64,000 bases of DNA from Octopus vulgaris (lineage: Eukaryota), in assembly GCA_951406725.2 (NCBI GenBank), contig OX597814.1, positions 39,432,001-39,496,000 on the forward strand, given 5' to 3'. This document shows, piece after piece, positions 1 to 14,340 of this stretch (position 1 is the first letter of the stretch; the number at the start of each line of letters is the position of its first letter). The notes beneath the pieces are model-generated. The model worked only from the letters and a program-made list of their open reading frames with translations. It was not told the origin of the DNA and ran no database searches. Both the position numbers and the translations under genes were made by a program.

Positions 1-743
1 ATCAAAACTCTGTTGCTGGGAAACTCAGAGTTTCCCGGTGACCCAACGGATCACGGGTAGTCTAGTAATACATTAAATCTATGCAAATGTTACAAGTATT
101 GTTGGGTTGATAATGAGTTTATTGCCTTAAATAGTAACGAATGTATCTGCACCTGGGTATGACGCATGTCCTAGCGTTCTATGTGAAGCTAATATTATAT
201 TTTCTGTATTTTTACGTTCAACGTTTCCTTAATTTACACTGCCGGAGCTGCAAACATATGATAGAGCATCAAATAGGATTAGAACTGGTAGTTACAAATA
301 CGTTTTATCATCTTAATGTTGTCTGAACTTTCAACAGCCAAAATAACTGATATTCAAACACTTCGCTGCATCAGGGCCATCCATATATGCTTAATATTCC
401 TCCATCCATAATCACTCTTTTCATTGCTTTCGTTTTATATTGTTTTAATTTTTGTAATAAATTGTGTGATAAAAGAAAATTATTGTGTAGCGTTCTTGAT
501 ATTTTCTCTGCTTCCATATTTCTGTTTCTTTTGATATGTATGTTTATGTTTCTTTTTGTTTTGTTTTGTTTTGTTTTTTGCCTCATTGATTAGTGCGCGT
601 TAATTTATATGATAATTAGTGTACACAGCAACATTATACTTTCCCCCCTCTGGAATAGCAGTCCAAATTATGTAGTAGGATGCTTGCAGCACAGTCACCC
701 TATCTACTGTTATTTGATGCCTAACCGTATTTGATGATATTGC

Positions 744-744
<1 letters not shown>

Positions 745-785
<41 letters not shown>

Positions 786-1130
786 GTGATGTTAACAATA
801 TTGATTGCACTGGTGGTGGTGGTGGTGGTGGTGGTGTTGGTGGTGATGATGATGATGATGGCGATAACAATGGTGATGACATTGATGATGAAGGTGGTGG
901 TGGTGGTTGTGGTGGTGGTTGTGGTGGTAGTGGTTGTGGTGGTTGTGGTGGTGGTGGTGGTGGTGGTAATGAAGTGGAGGATAATTGTAAATTTGCTGAT
1001 CGGTGATTATAGCGATGATAACGATCGTACCAATGGGCGATGACCTTGAAGACAACGACGATAACTACGACGACGAAGACGATGACAACGACAACGGCCA
1101 TAACGACCACGATGACTACGACGACGTTGA
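745..1130. repeat. Compound trinucleotide microsatellite (GAT)n/(GGT)n/(GAC)n
   Basis: Read directly; explains the poly-D/G/V/H/P ORFs in the track. Confidence 0.95.
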
Positions 1131-1974
1131 GATGATTATGAGGATAATGTCCATATAAAAAATAGTAACAACATCTTTCTAAAATAACACCCTGGCATCT
1201 AAAAAGAAAGGGTAGAAAGATCCCATTTGATAATTTAATCCTAGATGTGCAATAGACCCGAGAAAATGGGATAGTCATGGTTGGAACAATTTTGATGAAT
1301 GGCCTGCTCAGTTAGGATTAACATGATCCACAACAGTAGGAAGTATATGGAAGGATGCAAGAAAACAATGGAAACAAGTAGTTAAACTTGTTCTTATTAT
1401 GGTTGTTCAATCCATTATCTGCTTTAATCAAGCAGGTATACGAACAATCGTTTTTATTTCTTTCTATATCGAAGCCCGCGAAGAATCGCTTTATTCATTC
1501 TATATCGAAGTCTTCGCTATGTCCAACATTTTCAAAACTGGCGAGATTTTAAGAAAATGAGGCTGCTGTTTCTGACAACTTAAGAGACTACACTTAGAAG
1601 TTCTTTGTTTGGTGGTCAACTATTTGAGTTGCTTGTCTTTAAACCTGAAGAAGTGATCTGGTGCCCAAGGAAGAAGAGTTATGTTTATGGAATGACGAAG
1701 ACATAGATAGATAGATAGATAGATATGCATATATATATATATATATATCCATAAATTAATGACAATGCACCTTTCTCAATAAACCTGATCCGAATGGCTG
1801 AAAGCGAGCAGATACCTCTTAATGCAACCAAAGGTCTTAATTTTATGAACGAGTCATGGAGTTAATCAACCTGGCAAGTATACAAACCAACAAGTCAAGC
1901 AGTGGGGGAACAAAGACACATAAATATATACATACACATACTTGCGTGTATGTGTGTGTGTGTGCGTGCAACAG

Positions 1975-2092
1975 ACATCTTTCAGTTTCAGTTTATCAAA
2001 ACGACTGAGAAGATTTTGCTAGTCCCGTGCTTCAGTAGAAGACACTCCCCCAAGATTTCAAGCAAACTTCTTACCATACAGCCACGCCTGCG
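1975..2092 (-). mobile_element. Degenerate 5' part of tRNA-derived SINE family A
   Basis: ctttcagtttc...agtagaagacact...aagcaaacttcttaccatacagccac matches the copies at 5085 and 56680. Confidence 0.7.
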
Positions 2093-3966
2093 TTTATGCC
2101 ATCCGGTGTGGAACACTGATTGTTGTTACTTGTGGGTAAGACTTGGCTACTATTCAAAGCAGTTTGAGCAACCACATAGAGGCCATTTAAATGATTCATT
2201 TAACCCATGTTTCTCTGTGGTGATGATGAGATTTTTACTAATATGGATATTATTAATTAGACCTGAGACTGCTGTGAGAGAATCCATTATCACAGAGATC
2301 CTCATCGTATCGGAACAATTCTAGTTTGCTTTCTCGTCTTTTTTTCTGTTTTTCTTCTGTTTTGTTTAATGACATGAACAATCTAAGAATACATTACAAA
2401 ATAAATCCTTCCGTCTTAAGCATGTTCAATAAAAATACGAAGTTGATGCGAGAAGAGAGATTTTACTACTATTTCCACCGTCAAAAACTATACAGAGGTA
2501 TTTTATTTTAGTTCATGAGTAATCTTGACTGTGAGGCATATGTCAGTGAAAAGGCAACAACATGAACGTTAATGGATGTTTTAGTATGGCTGTTGTTATT
2601 GTTGTTGCTATTGTTGTTGGAGGTGGAGTTTTTCTTGATGGTGGTAATGGTGATAGTTGTGGCAGTTGTAGAGTTGAGGGCGTTGGTATAAGCGGAGGTG
2701 TTGTTGGTTGTGGTGACGGTGGTAGAAGTGTTGAAGCTGTTGGTTGTGGTGTAGTTGTGGTGATGGCCAAAACAGAGGTGATGTTGGTGAGTGGCTAGTG
2801 TTGGTGGCGATGGCGGTGGCGGCGCCAATATTTCTGGAGGGAAGATGGTGACAGTCGTAGTACGTGTAACGGATGAAGAGGATAATATTCAGGATGGTGG
2901 TAATAAATAGCTACAGCGATGTTAGCAGTCATATGGAATCAAATGTAGAGAATTTGAATGTTATTTAACGTATATTTTTCTTGTTGCTTTTGATATTGTT
3001 TTATTGTAGTTACAATCATTGTAATAGCACAGACACGCATATGAACTGTTCCAAATATTCATAAATGATGTTTATCTCGAAGCATAGACGTATAAATTAA
3101 AGAATTTATATGTTACGGAGAATTAACTATTTCTCTCGTGTGCTTTTTAATTTATCAATGCAAGCCAACATATGGATGGCGTCTATGAATAATTTAATTT
3201 TTAAACAAATTTCAGACGACATCAAATCTACAATCTAAGGTAAACTGGTGCTGGTTTTTCTTCATTACTTTGGCAAATACACACAAGGCTATGTTTTACT
3301 AATGAAATCAGAATAACGCTAAAACTATTCCGGAATAGCTTCACCTATTTGATGAGAAAAATACAATTACAATACTTATTGAATAAGATCATTTCTCCTT
3401 CTATGGACGAAATGCCGCCAAGCGTTTTACTCCATGTGCTAAAGATTATTCCAGATCGCTGTTTTAGCCTTGTACTTATATTAGAAACAGTCATTATTGT
3501 TTATCCACTTGGAACTGGAAGCAGCAGTAAGTATAGTAGTAAAAGTTTAAAAGTAGATCAGAAGAGAAAAACGCTCTCTCTCCTCTCTCTCTCTCTCCAT
3601 TTTTCTCTCTCACACACACATATACACACACATACATACACATACATACACACATACATACACATACATACACACATACACAAACAGAACACACTCACAA
3701 AGAGACACAAACAGGTACACGCATGTACAACATACATAGCTACACACAAATCATCGAAATTGTACATCTGAATAAATTTAGGTTGGACGTTGCTAAACGG
3801 AAATCCGTTGAAAGGAATGTCTTGCAGTGTTTTAGGTATTGTTTGGTTGCAAGTTCCAGTGGGGTCAGACTGAAATATCGACATACTGCAACAGGAAATC
3901 TTGCTGAAATACTTCCAGTATTATTTTGCTGATGCCAAAAGTAAATGAGGCAACAATGGAAATGTA

Positions 3967-4014
<48 letters not shown>

Positions 4015-4294
4015 GAATATATATCTATTTATATATATATATTTATACACACACGCACACACACACACACATATTGCATCTGACCTTTTAAGAAAATCCA
4101 AATATACCACCTAATACTATCTCTGGCATAATATAACCGATTAACATGTATCTTCACGTATATAAATATTAAAAATGCAATGTTTACATATGCAGTACAT
4201 GGTAGTGGTGGTGGTGGTGGTTTTGGCGGCGGCGGGATTAGTAGTAGTAGTAGTAGTAGTAGTTGCTCTTGTAACTATTCAATCCCAGATGTAA

Positions 4295-4415
4295 GAGCGC
4301 AGGGTTATACTAGTAGGGTGTTGCCTTCACGAACGGTGAGATTATGCGTTCGAATCCACGACAGGGGAGGGCTTTGTGTTCTTGAGCAAGACACTTCACT
4401 TCACGTTGTTCTACG
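4295..4415 (+). mobile_element. tRNA-headed CORE-like SINE fragment (family F)
   Basis: B-box GTTCGAATCC followed by tgtgttcttgagcaagacacttcac; related minus-strand copies at ~9830-9925 and ~41420-41530. Confidence 0.6.
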
Positions 4416-5052
4416 GTATCTTCCACGTTTGCCGCATGTCAAACCACCCACATATATAAACAATGTTGATTTAATTCTAAACAAATCATCTGTACATGTT
4501 ATTTAGTAAGAACTGCAAAACAGTCTTTCTCGACAACGTGAGACTACTATTGTTATTATTGTTCTAATTGTTGTTGCTGTTTTTGTTGTTGTTTTGGGTG
4601 GTGGTTGTGGTGGTGCTGGTGCTGGTGTTGGCGAACACGGTGACACGTTTTCAAATGCAACCAAGAGATTCGGAATATATCAAATGCCATTCCGTGCATA
4701 TCCAGCTTTACATAAGCGTGACCTCCTAGACCACAGGCTTTAACACACGCTGAGGGCTACCTAACTCCCAGTGGTTTTTCAGCACTGCCGAATCATCCCT
4801 GAATATCTGAGTCTAGTTAGTCGTTGAACTTGCACTACACTCATCCGACCTTTTGACAAGTCTTGATTTAAGTCCTACTGTGATTCTAATAAACCACCCT
4901 GCCAGGCAATCTTAATGTGGGTGCAAGTTTGGTTGCATGCGACTTGAGTATGCCATACGTTGTACTGGATTCAATGTCACAAGTAAAGCTCATGAGAGAC
5001 CTCACAAATGATGGTAGATGCATACATAGTGGCATGCATGCATACATACATT

Positions 5053-5084
<32 letters not shown>

Positions 5085-5220
5085 CTCTTTACTCATTTAC
5101 TTGTTTCAGTCATGTGACTGTGGCCATGCTGGTTCTCCGCCTTTAGTCGGGAAAATCGACTAAATCTCCTCTCTCTCTCTCTCCTTCTCTCTCTCTCATT
5201 CTCTCTCTGTCTCATACTCA

Positions 5221-5251
<31 letters not shown>

Positions 5252-5531
5252 CCTATCTGTAAGCCTAGTACTTATTCTATAGGTCTCTTTTGCCGAACCG
5301 CTAAGTTACGGGGACGTAAACACACCAGCATTGGTTGTCAAGCGATGTTGATGGGACAAACAGACACACATACATACATATATACGACGGACTTCTTTCA
5401 GTTTCCGTCTACCAAATCCACTCACAAGGATTTGGTCGGCCCGAGGCTATAGCAGAAGACACTTGCACAAGGTGCCGCGCAGTGGGACTGAACCCGGAAC
5501 CATGTGGTTCGTAAGCAAGCTACTTACCACA
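5085..5531 (-). mobile_element. Near-full SINE family A (tRNA head + CORE-like CCTTG(G/T)GCAAGTG motif), with an internal CT-rich insertion
   Basis: Minus strand reads GTGGTAAG...GGTTCAGTCCC (A/B boxes), CACCTTGTGCAAGTGTCTTCT, tail ATGACTGAAACAAGTAAA; colinear with 56680-57128. Confidence 0.9.
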
Positions 5532-6568
5532 TAAATCTGTTTAAGTATATTTCTACAAATATATCCCCGCAAACACAATCATACACGTTTATAAACCTCG
5601 AAAGCACAACAAAAGCAAGAGAACAAAATTTTAAAAGTACGTATAAGTTTTTCTGTCCCTATACGTATGTGCCTTTGACTATGTAACACATACGTGTGCG
5701 AGGATGTGTATGTATGTTTGCATGTATGTACGAATACGTGCTCAGATGCATTATATAGCATTTTACATATATGAATGTGTTCATATGAGCACGTGCTTAC
5801 ATGCCTGTAGTTGTATAATGTTAATTTTCTCTTTAATATTTAAAAAAAGATATGTTCCAAGAAATAATAAGAAACGAATTAATATGTAAATAGGTTTGTA
5901 TTCAATTTCGTATTTACCGATCATATTCAAAGTATATTCTCACTCTCCTCTCTCTCTCTCCTTCTATCTCTCTCTCATTCTCTCTTTTTCTCTCTGTCTC
6001 ATACTCACTCTCTCTTTACTCACACTCTCTCTCTCTCTCTCTTTCTCTCTCCTTATCTCGCTCTTTGTTTCTCTTATACCCAGGTAACCACATACATATA
6101 TCTGCTCATATACAAACGCATACCTGTAAGTACGTAGGTATATAGCTTTAATAATGGCTGTCTTATCACAAGGCAGATTTAAACGGAGAGATAAGCCTCC
6201 ATAGTGCAAAGTGTCATTGATTTATATATCATGCACTCGTCTCCGTATATTAAGTTTCCATGCACAATAATACAGTTTTTTTGAAATTCAATGCATTGCC
6301 TGACACTACAGAAATGATGATGTTCTGTCTTTCATTAAAATTTCTAATCCGGTTATTCTTAGTGAATATTACGATGGCCCATCAAATGAACACCAGGTAT
6401 ATATAAATTAACTATACACGCATATATAAACTAAATGCATATAAATTAGCGGTATACACACTTAAATACATACATCCACAGACGTATAGACGTATCTCCC
6501 TCCCTCTCTCTCTATTTCTCTCTCTCCCTATACATATATATATATATGTATACTTATATATGTGTGTA

Positions 6569-6600
<32 letters not shown>

Positions 6601-6729
6601 GGTACGTATTAATATATGCATATGTACGTATATAGATATGTATATATATATGTATATATATAATTTATATATACACATGTATATACATATATATAGTCAT
6701 ATATAGACACACAAACATATATATATATA

Positions 6730-6779
<50 letters not shown>

Positions 6780-7294
6780 TGTATATATATATGTGTGTGT
6801 GTGTCTATATATGACTATATATCCGTATTTATATGAGTATATACGTATTACCAGACGTGCGTGTCGGTCTGTTTGTGTGCGTCTGTGTGTGTTTATATTG
6901 TTGGGTAGATGAGTTCACGAACACGAGATTTTATGGTGAAAATAAATGAGAAAACTTAGGAGAAATAATAGAAAGACAAGATAAATCAATACCGAAAATT
7001 CAATAGTGATGCATTTATGTGTTTGTACTTAACAAATCCCTACTTGGCTTTGAACATTACTTTGCAAACTTTAAAGGGAAACCAACAATAAGAGAAAATA
7101 ATTATTACAATGACTATTGTTGTTCTTATTATAAGCAAAGTTTGTCCAGCTTGTTTGTTTTATCCAGATTTCCACTTGTTACCACCCAAAGTGTTTTAAA
7201 TGCATCCGCATTGATTTCTCTCTCTCTCTCTCTCTGGGTGTATATATATACATAAGTTAGCATATATGTATGTGTATATATTTATGTATGTGTG

Positions 7295-7355
<61 letters not shown>

Positions 7356-7484
7356 TTATATATAATCATATATATATATATATTTATATATATATGTATG
7401 TATATATATATGTATATAGACATACACATATATATGTGTGCATAAATGTGTATCTATCTATCTATTTATCTCTATAGATAGAAG

Positions 7485-7538
<54 letters not shown>

Positions 7539-8348
7539 TATAAGCATATATAAGTATAATGCACACACATACACTCACAAACATACAGATATATACGCAA
7601 AACCTGATTTGCGAAAAGGAGATGAAACGATGGAAAGAAAAAGACAGCCACACACATTGATAGACTCATACATACGTATGTGTTTATCGGTGTTTAGGTG
7701 TGTGTATGTAGGGGTGTTTGTATGTGGGGTGTGTTTGTCTCTCATACTCTCGCTTTGTCTATATACCTGCTTATCCCTTTCTCTGTCTTTCCTTCACTCT
7801 CTCCCCCTCTACACACATACGCACACACGCAAACGTACACGCATGCACCGTCACTTATATTTTACTCCTAAACAAGTAAATAAAAATGAACACCGAAAAA
7901 CTATGTAAACCTATACATTAAATGAGCAAGCATACAATTGAAAACACACAGCAAATAAATGTAGAGAAATAGAAGAAAATTAAAATAAATAATAAAACTG
8001 CCCACATCAATCAATGTGGAAAATATACTCAAGGTAGCAGAGACACAAACAACATCTTCGAACATTAACTCATGTTTAAACAAAAGTGCAAACTTAGTAA
8101 GGATAATGCGAAAATATCTGCCCCATTGTATGTTGTAATCGAATATCGAGAATCGTATTATTAACGGACAATAGTCTCTACTTCTGGATGGATTCAACAC
8201 ACAAACGGTGGTAGTCTTGTTGCTTATTAGTAATGGAGGCGGTAGAGGCGATGGTTGTGATGGCAGTAATGGCTCTCTGATTGTTGCTGATTTTTATGTT
8301 GTTGCATGGTTCGCGGGGGTTGTGAATGAAGCTGAAATGGGGAAAATG

Positions 8349-8433
8349 ATAATAATAATAATGATAATAATAGTAATAAAAAAATGATTGTAATAATAAG
8401 AATAAAATGATAAGAATAATGATAATAATGATG

Positions 8434-8491
<58 letters not shown>

Positions 8492-8520
8492 TAATAATAA
8501 TAATAATAACGATAGTAGTA

Positions 8521-8599
<79 letters not shown>

Positions 8600-8640
8600 T
8601 AATAATAATGACAATTGTGAAGGAAATAACAATGATAACA
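8349..8640. repeat. (TAA)n microsatellite
   Basis: Read directly. Confidence 0.97.
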
Positions 8641-9075
8641 CTTACAATAATAAATAAGAGTATAAAAATACATTTGTACTTCTGTTCAGCAAAGGCTATT
8701 ATGTTTTTTTCTTAAAATTATATTTTATCTATTAATATATGTGTATAGTTATTTTTATATATTTATTTTTTGTTTCAAGTTTTCGGATGAAAGAATTAGA
8801 AAACTATTGAAGTTTTAGATATGTTCAAATGTACATCTAGACATATGGAAAAGTATATTTGAGTTAGAAAGAGAGAAAGAGTGAGAGAATGAAAACCGAA
8901 ATGGTGAACAAGGGAAATGATAGTTCGGGTATGTACAAACATACTACATACATACACAAGCCTGTATAGATATAGGTGCGTATGTATCTATATATGTATA
9001 TAAATATGTATAAATTTATGCAAGTATATGTTAATATATATGTGTATCTACATATGTCATTGTATATGTGTATAT

Positions 9076-9131
<56 letters not shown>

Positions 9132-10861
9132 ATACGCATATACATATGCACACGTGTCCATGTTTGCATATACATATATATATACACACATACACATATA
9201 TATGCATACATACATACATACATACACATAGTGTGAGTGAGAAAGACAGAGAGTGAGAAGGACAGAGATGTAGAAGGTTACTAGAACAGATATATGAAAA
9301 TCTTTATACAAATGTGTATGTTTACATGCACATGTGCTCAGGTACGTTCAGATATATATATTATTATTATAATTCAATAATATGTAAATGGCTATACACA
9401 AAAAACGCATGCACACTCAAAGACTTAAGCATCTATGTCGCGGACTCCCAACCTCGAAAACGCGAATCAGTATCAGAACGCACAAAAAGAACTGACTTCT
9501 TGCTGCTGTCTTAGTTTTATACATGCATTATATTTGTAGTCAAGTCTAGTGGTTGTCTGCTCCTGGGCAGATTCTGTATATGTTAAGCTTCTCCTGCACT
9601 CTCTATCTGACTTTGGAGGGACCGTTCCCTTCCCTACCGCCATTAAATAGACTATTAGAACAACATTTATCCATGACTAGACTTGGGATAAATACTGGAG
9701 TTGCTTCCCCATGGCCTGCTCTAGGCAAGTGGAGTTTGAACTCAGAATTTAGAGAGCCAGAAGATATACCGTAAAGCATTTCTAGTAATCATAAAACCAA
9801 CGATTCTGGTACTCACCCAATTACTACAGCAAGATGAAATTAAATATCTTGCTCAAAGAAACACGTTGCCCGGTCCGGCAAGTGAACTCATGATCTAGGG
9901 ACCGTGAGTGCAATGCTCTAATCACTTCATAAATACATGTGCAATACATGTTTAATAATGAAATTAAATATCATTACTTTTATTGATATGTCATGTGCGT
10001 TATATCCCTACCATCGAGAAAACTCTATTATATGAAACCAATCCGTAGGTTAAAAAAGGTTATGGACTGTTGATCTATTGGATACTTTCAATATGCAATA
10101 ATCTTTGTATTTGTTAATACAAGAATCTGAAAACCATGAGAGATGAGATGTTTCAGCATTCTCTCAGCGGGAATGAAAATGGAAAGTTACAATGAGTTAA
10201 AGTTCTTATTGTTTATCTTTGATCTACGATCAAGTGCGTTACAAGAGCCGCGTGACACCTTGGGTAACTGATTTATGTTATAGCGCCAGACCTAACAAAG
10301 ATCTGTGAGATAATTTGGTAGACGAAAAATGGAGGAAGCTCGGCATGTATGTGTGAGTGTTTGCATATACATATACATGTGTGTGTGTAGATATACTGAT
10401 ATATGTGGGCATGCATATGTGTATGTATCTGCGTGTGTGTTTGTGTGTATGAGTGTGCTCATAGTGCGCTTGTCTCACATCACTAAGGTCTCATAATTGT
10501 TACAGGTAACATGCAATCTAGTACAAGCAGTTGCATGCTCCGTATTTTGGCGAATAAACCTGCGATTCCATTAGGATTGCCTGTGAAGATGGTTCCTAGA
10601 AAGCAAATAGAACTAAAGCAAAAGCTGTCAAAAGGGAGATGAGCCAAGTGGAAGTTCAATAACTATCTAGCAATAGGTCGAGCCCTTAGAAAATCCTGAT
10701 TTGTTCAAGTGAACTCTTCAAGGCGGTGCCTCAGAGTGACCTCAGTCCAGTGGCTGATAAATAAAGTAAAAGCGAAAAATACCCTGTTGTAGAATTTTAT
10801 TTATACCAACCGTTCTCAACACTACATTATACGCCGTTTCATTATTTTCTTTATAAATAAA

Positions 10862-11055
10862 GAGGCGAGCTCCAGAAACTATAGCACGCTGGACGAAATG
10901 GTTAGCAGTATTTCGCCCGTCGCTATGTTCTAAGTTCAAATTCTACGGTCGACTTTTCCTTTCATTCTTTCGACGTCGATAAATTCAGTACCAGTGAAAC
11001 ATTGGGGTCAGTGTAATCGACTAACACCTCTCGTCCGATTTCAGGCCTTAGTAGA
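10862..11055 (+). mobile_element. SINE family B (Meta-domain-like), diverged copy
   Basis: ggcgagct...gttcaaattc...gtcgacttttcctttcattctttcgacgtcgataaattcagtacc. Confidence 0.8.
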
Positions 11056-11915
11056 TTATTTTCTTTCTAAATAAATTTCTTTTTAAATAGTAATCTTATT
11101 TGAGCGAGAGTTAGCTACTGTTTTCTAGCAGACAAAGATATCATGTAGAGGTCCTCGAGTTGAAAGAAATTGTTAGTCGACATTCATACCTATTTGTGTG
11201 TAGACAATTCAACTAAAGCTGTGCATTTACTGTTTGCAATTCGACACTTTACGCACATATTTTGCCGTTTGTTTTCTGTCCAAACCAATGTTAATTTGTG
11301 TTGCAAAATGTCTAGGATTTATTATATAACAAAACTAGATAACGCAATGATTGTGGTTTTGCTCGCGTGTGACTATGTGTGAGAACTTGTGTGTGTCTAC
11401 ACGCGCACACACACACATAGACACAAACACATATATGCACACATGTAGCAAGGAAAATGGCTTCTTCTCTGAACAATTCTATGTTATTGTGTCTGAGAAC
11501 AGGTACATTTATTATTATTTACATCATTGAACATTTAATGACAAAATTACGTGATATATCAATGCTGTTTCTTAACATGTAATCATCAATCGTAACGCGT
11601 TTTTGCATCTCTTCCCCTACAGGACTTACGCTTACGCGGTTTTGTTTGTTTTTCTTTACTTGCTAATTCGCCATACTAATTGAAGATATAATCACATGCT
11701 GAATGCAATCAACTTTCCCACTCGTTTTATATGACATCAAACGATGAGAAGAATTGTGTTATACAAGGATTTTTTCCCCCTACAACACTGTGTTGTGTTG
11801 AGTAAGTTTAACTATCTTTAAACCGAATACAGCGCAGCGAGTTAACAGACAGCAGTATAATGAATTTTATTAATGTACTTGTATAACCGTGTCATCAAAA
11901 ACAAGAAAGGTTTTA

Positions 11916-12098
11916 CAGTTCTCTATTTAAGAGATGAGGAATTATTTACATTATTTACATTATTTACAATTAACGGATAGTTGTCCTCATCTTCTTTGTT
12001 GTTAACGCAACGTTTCGGTTGATATACTCTCCAGCCTTCATCAGGTGTCTTGGGGAAATTTCGAACCTGGGTTATAATTCCTAAGGTATTTTTCAATG

Positions 12099-12152
<54 letters not shown>
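11916..12152 (-). mobile_element. Family D repeat (3' part, no tRNA head) carrying a hammerhead motif
   Basis: Colinear with 55678-55895; (AAT)n, HHR, then (TAAATAATG)n tail on the minus strand. Confidence 0.85.
12004..12049 (-). ncRNA. Minimal type-I hammerhead ribozyme motif, intact core
   Basis: GACAC-CTGATGA-A-GGCTGG(agagtata)TCAACC-GAAA-CG-TT-GCGTT; palindromic stem III AACGTT; one mismatch each in stems I and II. Confidence 0.75.
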
Positions 12153-12155
<3 letters not shown>

Positions 12156-12290
12156 CAAAGTTGAGATTTATGCTATTGGTGACTTGAGTATGTCTTATAT
12201 ATTTTCATTAATAAATATCTGACATCGTCTTGTGACAGCCTATATGTATGTGAGTGTATCATAGTGTGTGAGGGTGTGTTAATATGCGCT

Positions 12291-12334
<44 letters not shown>

Positions 12335-12401
12335 TCTCTCGTCTTCTCCCTCTCTTCCTCTCCCTCTCTTGTTGATGTTGAAATTGCAATGAAGGAGCCT
12401 T

Positions 12402-12447
<46 letters not shown>

Positions 12448-12709
12448 TTGTTTAAATTTGTTGAGGGATTAGAAATTATTTCACGTATATGACCACATAG
12501 AGTACGACAGATTCTGCCCTGAATGAAAATAATTACTTTTACATTTGCAGAACTTCATGTCCAACGGTTTTCAGTCAAACTATCATTAACTTTGCTAACG
12601 CAAATGGATTCAATTTTCCGCTTGAATTTATCGTAACTTAAATGCGTTGTCAAAATTTTAGTTCTGTTTTAAAACGATACTAAAATACACGCAGTATTTT
12701 ATTTACTTT

Positions 12710-12900
12710 TATTATTTCATTCATTGGACTGTAGTCTTGATGGGGCACTGCATTAAAGTATTTAGTTAAACAGATCTACCTGAGTACTTACTTTTTTACA
12801 ATCTGAACTTTTCTGATGAACCACATCGTTTCTGGCGATGAAACAAACCAACACCGGCTGCTAGTCGACGATGGCAGACAAACAGAAACACGAACAAACA
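12710..12900 (-). mobile_element. Degenerate SINE family A 3' half
   Basis: tttcattcattggactgtag...ggggcactgc...aaacaaaccaacaccgg similar to 5100-5370. Confidence 0.6.
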
Positions 12901-12915
12901 CACACTCATATACAT

Positions 12916-12962
<47 letters not shown>

Positions 12963-13025
12963 AATAAATAAAATATATGCATACATACATATATGTACGT
13001 ACCTACATCTACATGTATATATACA

Positions 13026-13073
<48 letters not shown>

Positions 13074-14204
13074 TACATGACACCACAAATAGACGTAGAA
13101 CTCAACGAGAAATGAAAACAAAAACATGGAAACGGACTTTTTTTAACAACGAAAAAACAGCACAAGACAAACAACACAAGGAACATTCCCCTTCATCAGC
13201 TGTCCCCGGTTCGACTCCATGCGTGTATGTGTGTGTGTGTGTGTGTGTGTATTTATATGAATATATTGAGAGAGAGAGGCTGTGCGCACGCACAAACCAC
13301 GCACACATATGCACGACAGACCTTCAAACTCTTTCCGTGTACCAAATTCCTTCACAACACGTTTGTCGGCAATGTCTTAAAGTGAAAGCGACTTGTCCAA
13401 GGACCTGCGCAGTAGAACAGAGCCCTACGCTCAACAACCAATATCACCGATAACTGGAATGCATAGCAAATTCGCTCCAGTTCCTTATATTGCCTAATTA
13501 GTGTTTCGAGAAATAAAGTTCGATAACATAGAATGTGATTGATATTATCAATAAGATTGTGAATGATACCGAACGTGGCCAATGAAGACTAAACAAGTTA
13601 AAGACCAAAAGATAATATATTTGCTTAAAACTTCATGACGAGTTAATCCGTATGTTATTACTGGGTTTGTTTTGTGCTTATATCGGAACACCAAATGTCA
13701 TGTGAGTGCTCTGGAGTGTGTGAGGTACAAGGTGTGTTAGTGTTCGTAATTTTTTTCTTTGAATCGCAATATTTAAGACAAGTGTATTCTAGACACCTTA
13801 TTTCTTTATTCCTTAATTTCAAATTCAGGTTTTATAATTAAAGATTTCAGATTCAAGTGTTATAGTTAACAATATATGTTTATACTATAAGAATATGCAT
13901 TTTATAATTAAGACATATTTTTATAGTCTAAAAATATATTTGAAAAGAAAATATCGGGATTAGAATATGTACGGAGAAGTGTTTTTACTAGATGTTGCAC
14001 CAATGTCGAATATATTTTTAATATATAAGCCCTTGCCATCAGTAGTGATTTCCATTAGAATATAAGGCATTAAGTTCACAATAAGGCGTCACATGCTGGA
14101 TCGGATACTTTAAAAAAATATCCCCACATATTCTTAAAGAATAATAAATCAAGATTTTTTTTCTACTATAGCTACAATACCTGAAATTAGGGGTACTGGG
14201 ATAT

Positions 14205-14340
14205 TAGATTACATCGACCCCAGTACTTTAGTGGTACTTATTTTACCAACCACCGAAAGGATGAAATCGACCTCAGAACGTAAGAAATGCCGCGAAGCAT
14301 TTTGCCCGCGTGCTAAGGATTTCGCTAGCTGGTCGCCTTT
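14205..14340 (-). mobile_element. Internally deleted SINE family B
   Basis: gattacatcgaccccagt...ggtacttattttacc...cgaaaggatgaaa is the reverse complement of the family B core. Confidence 0.75.

Noticed and set aside
18-36. Palindrome gggaaactc-a-gagtttccc
   Set aside because: Short, isolated, and with no supporting context at the window edge
721-1278. Poly-P/S/G/D/H ORFs
   Set aside because: Translations of trinucleotide microsatellites with no domain or splice support; the same applies to all YIYI/CVCV ORFs
3740-3970. Higher-complexity stretch open in several frames, possible exon
   Set aside because: No recognisable protein motif or convincing splice-site pair
13170-13205. Minus-strand CTGATGA-AGGGG(aatg)TTCCTT
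   Set aside because: No GAAA or stem III follows; half motif only
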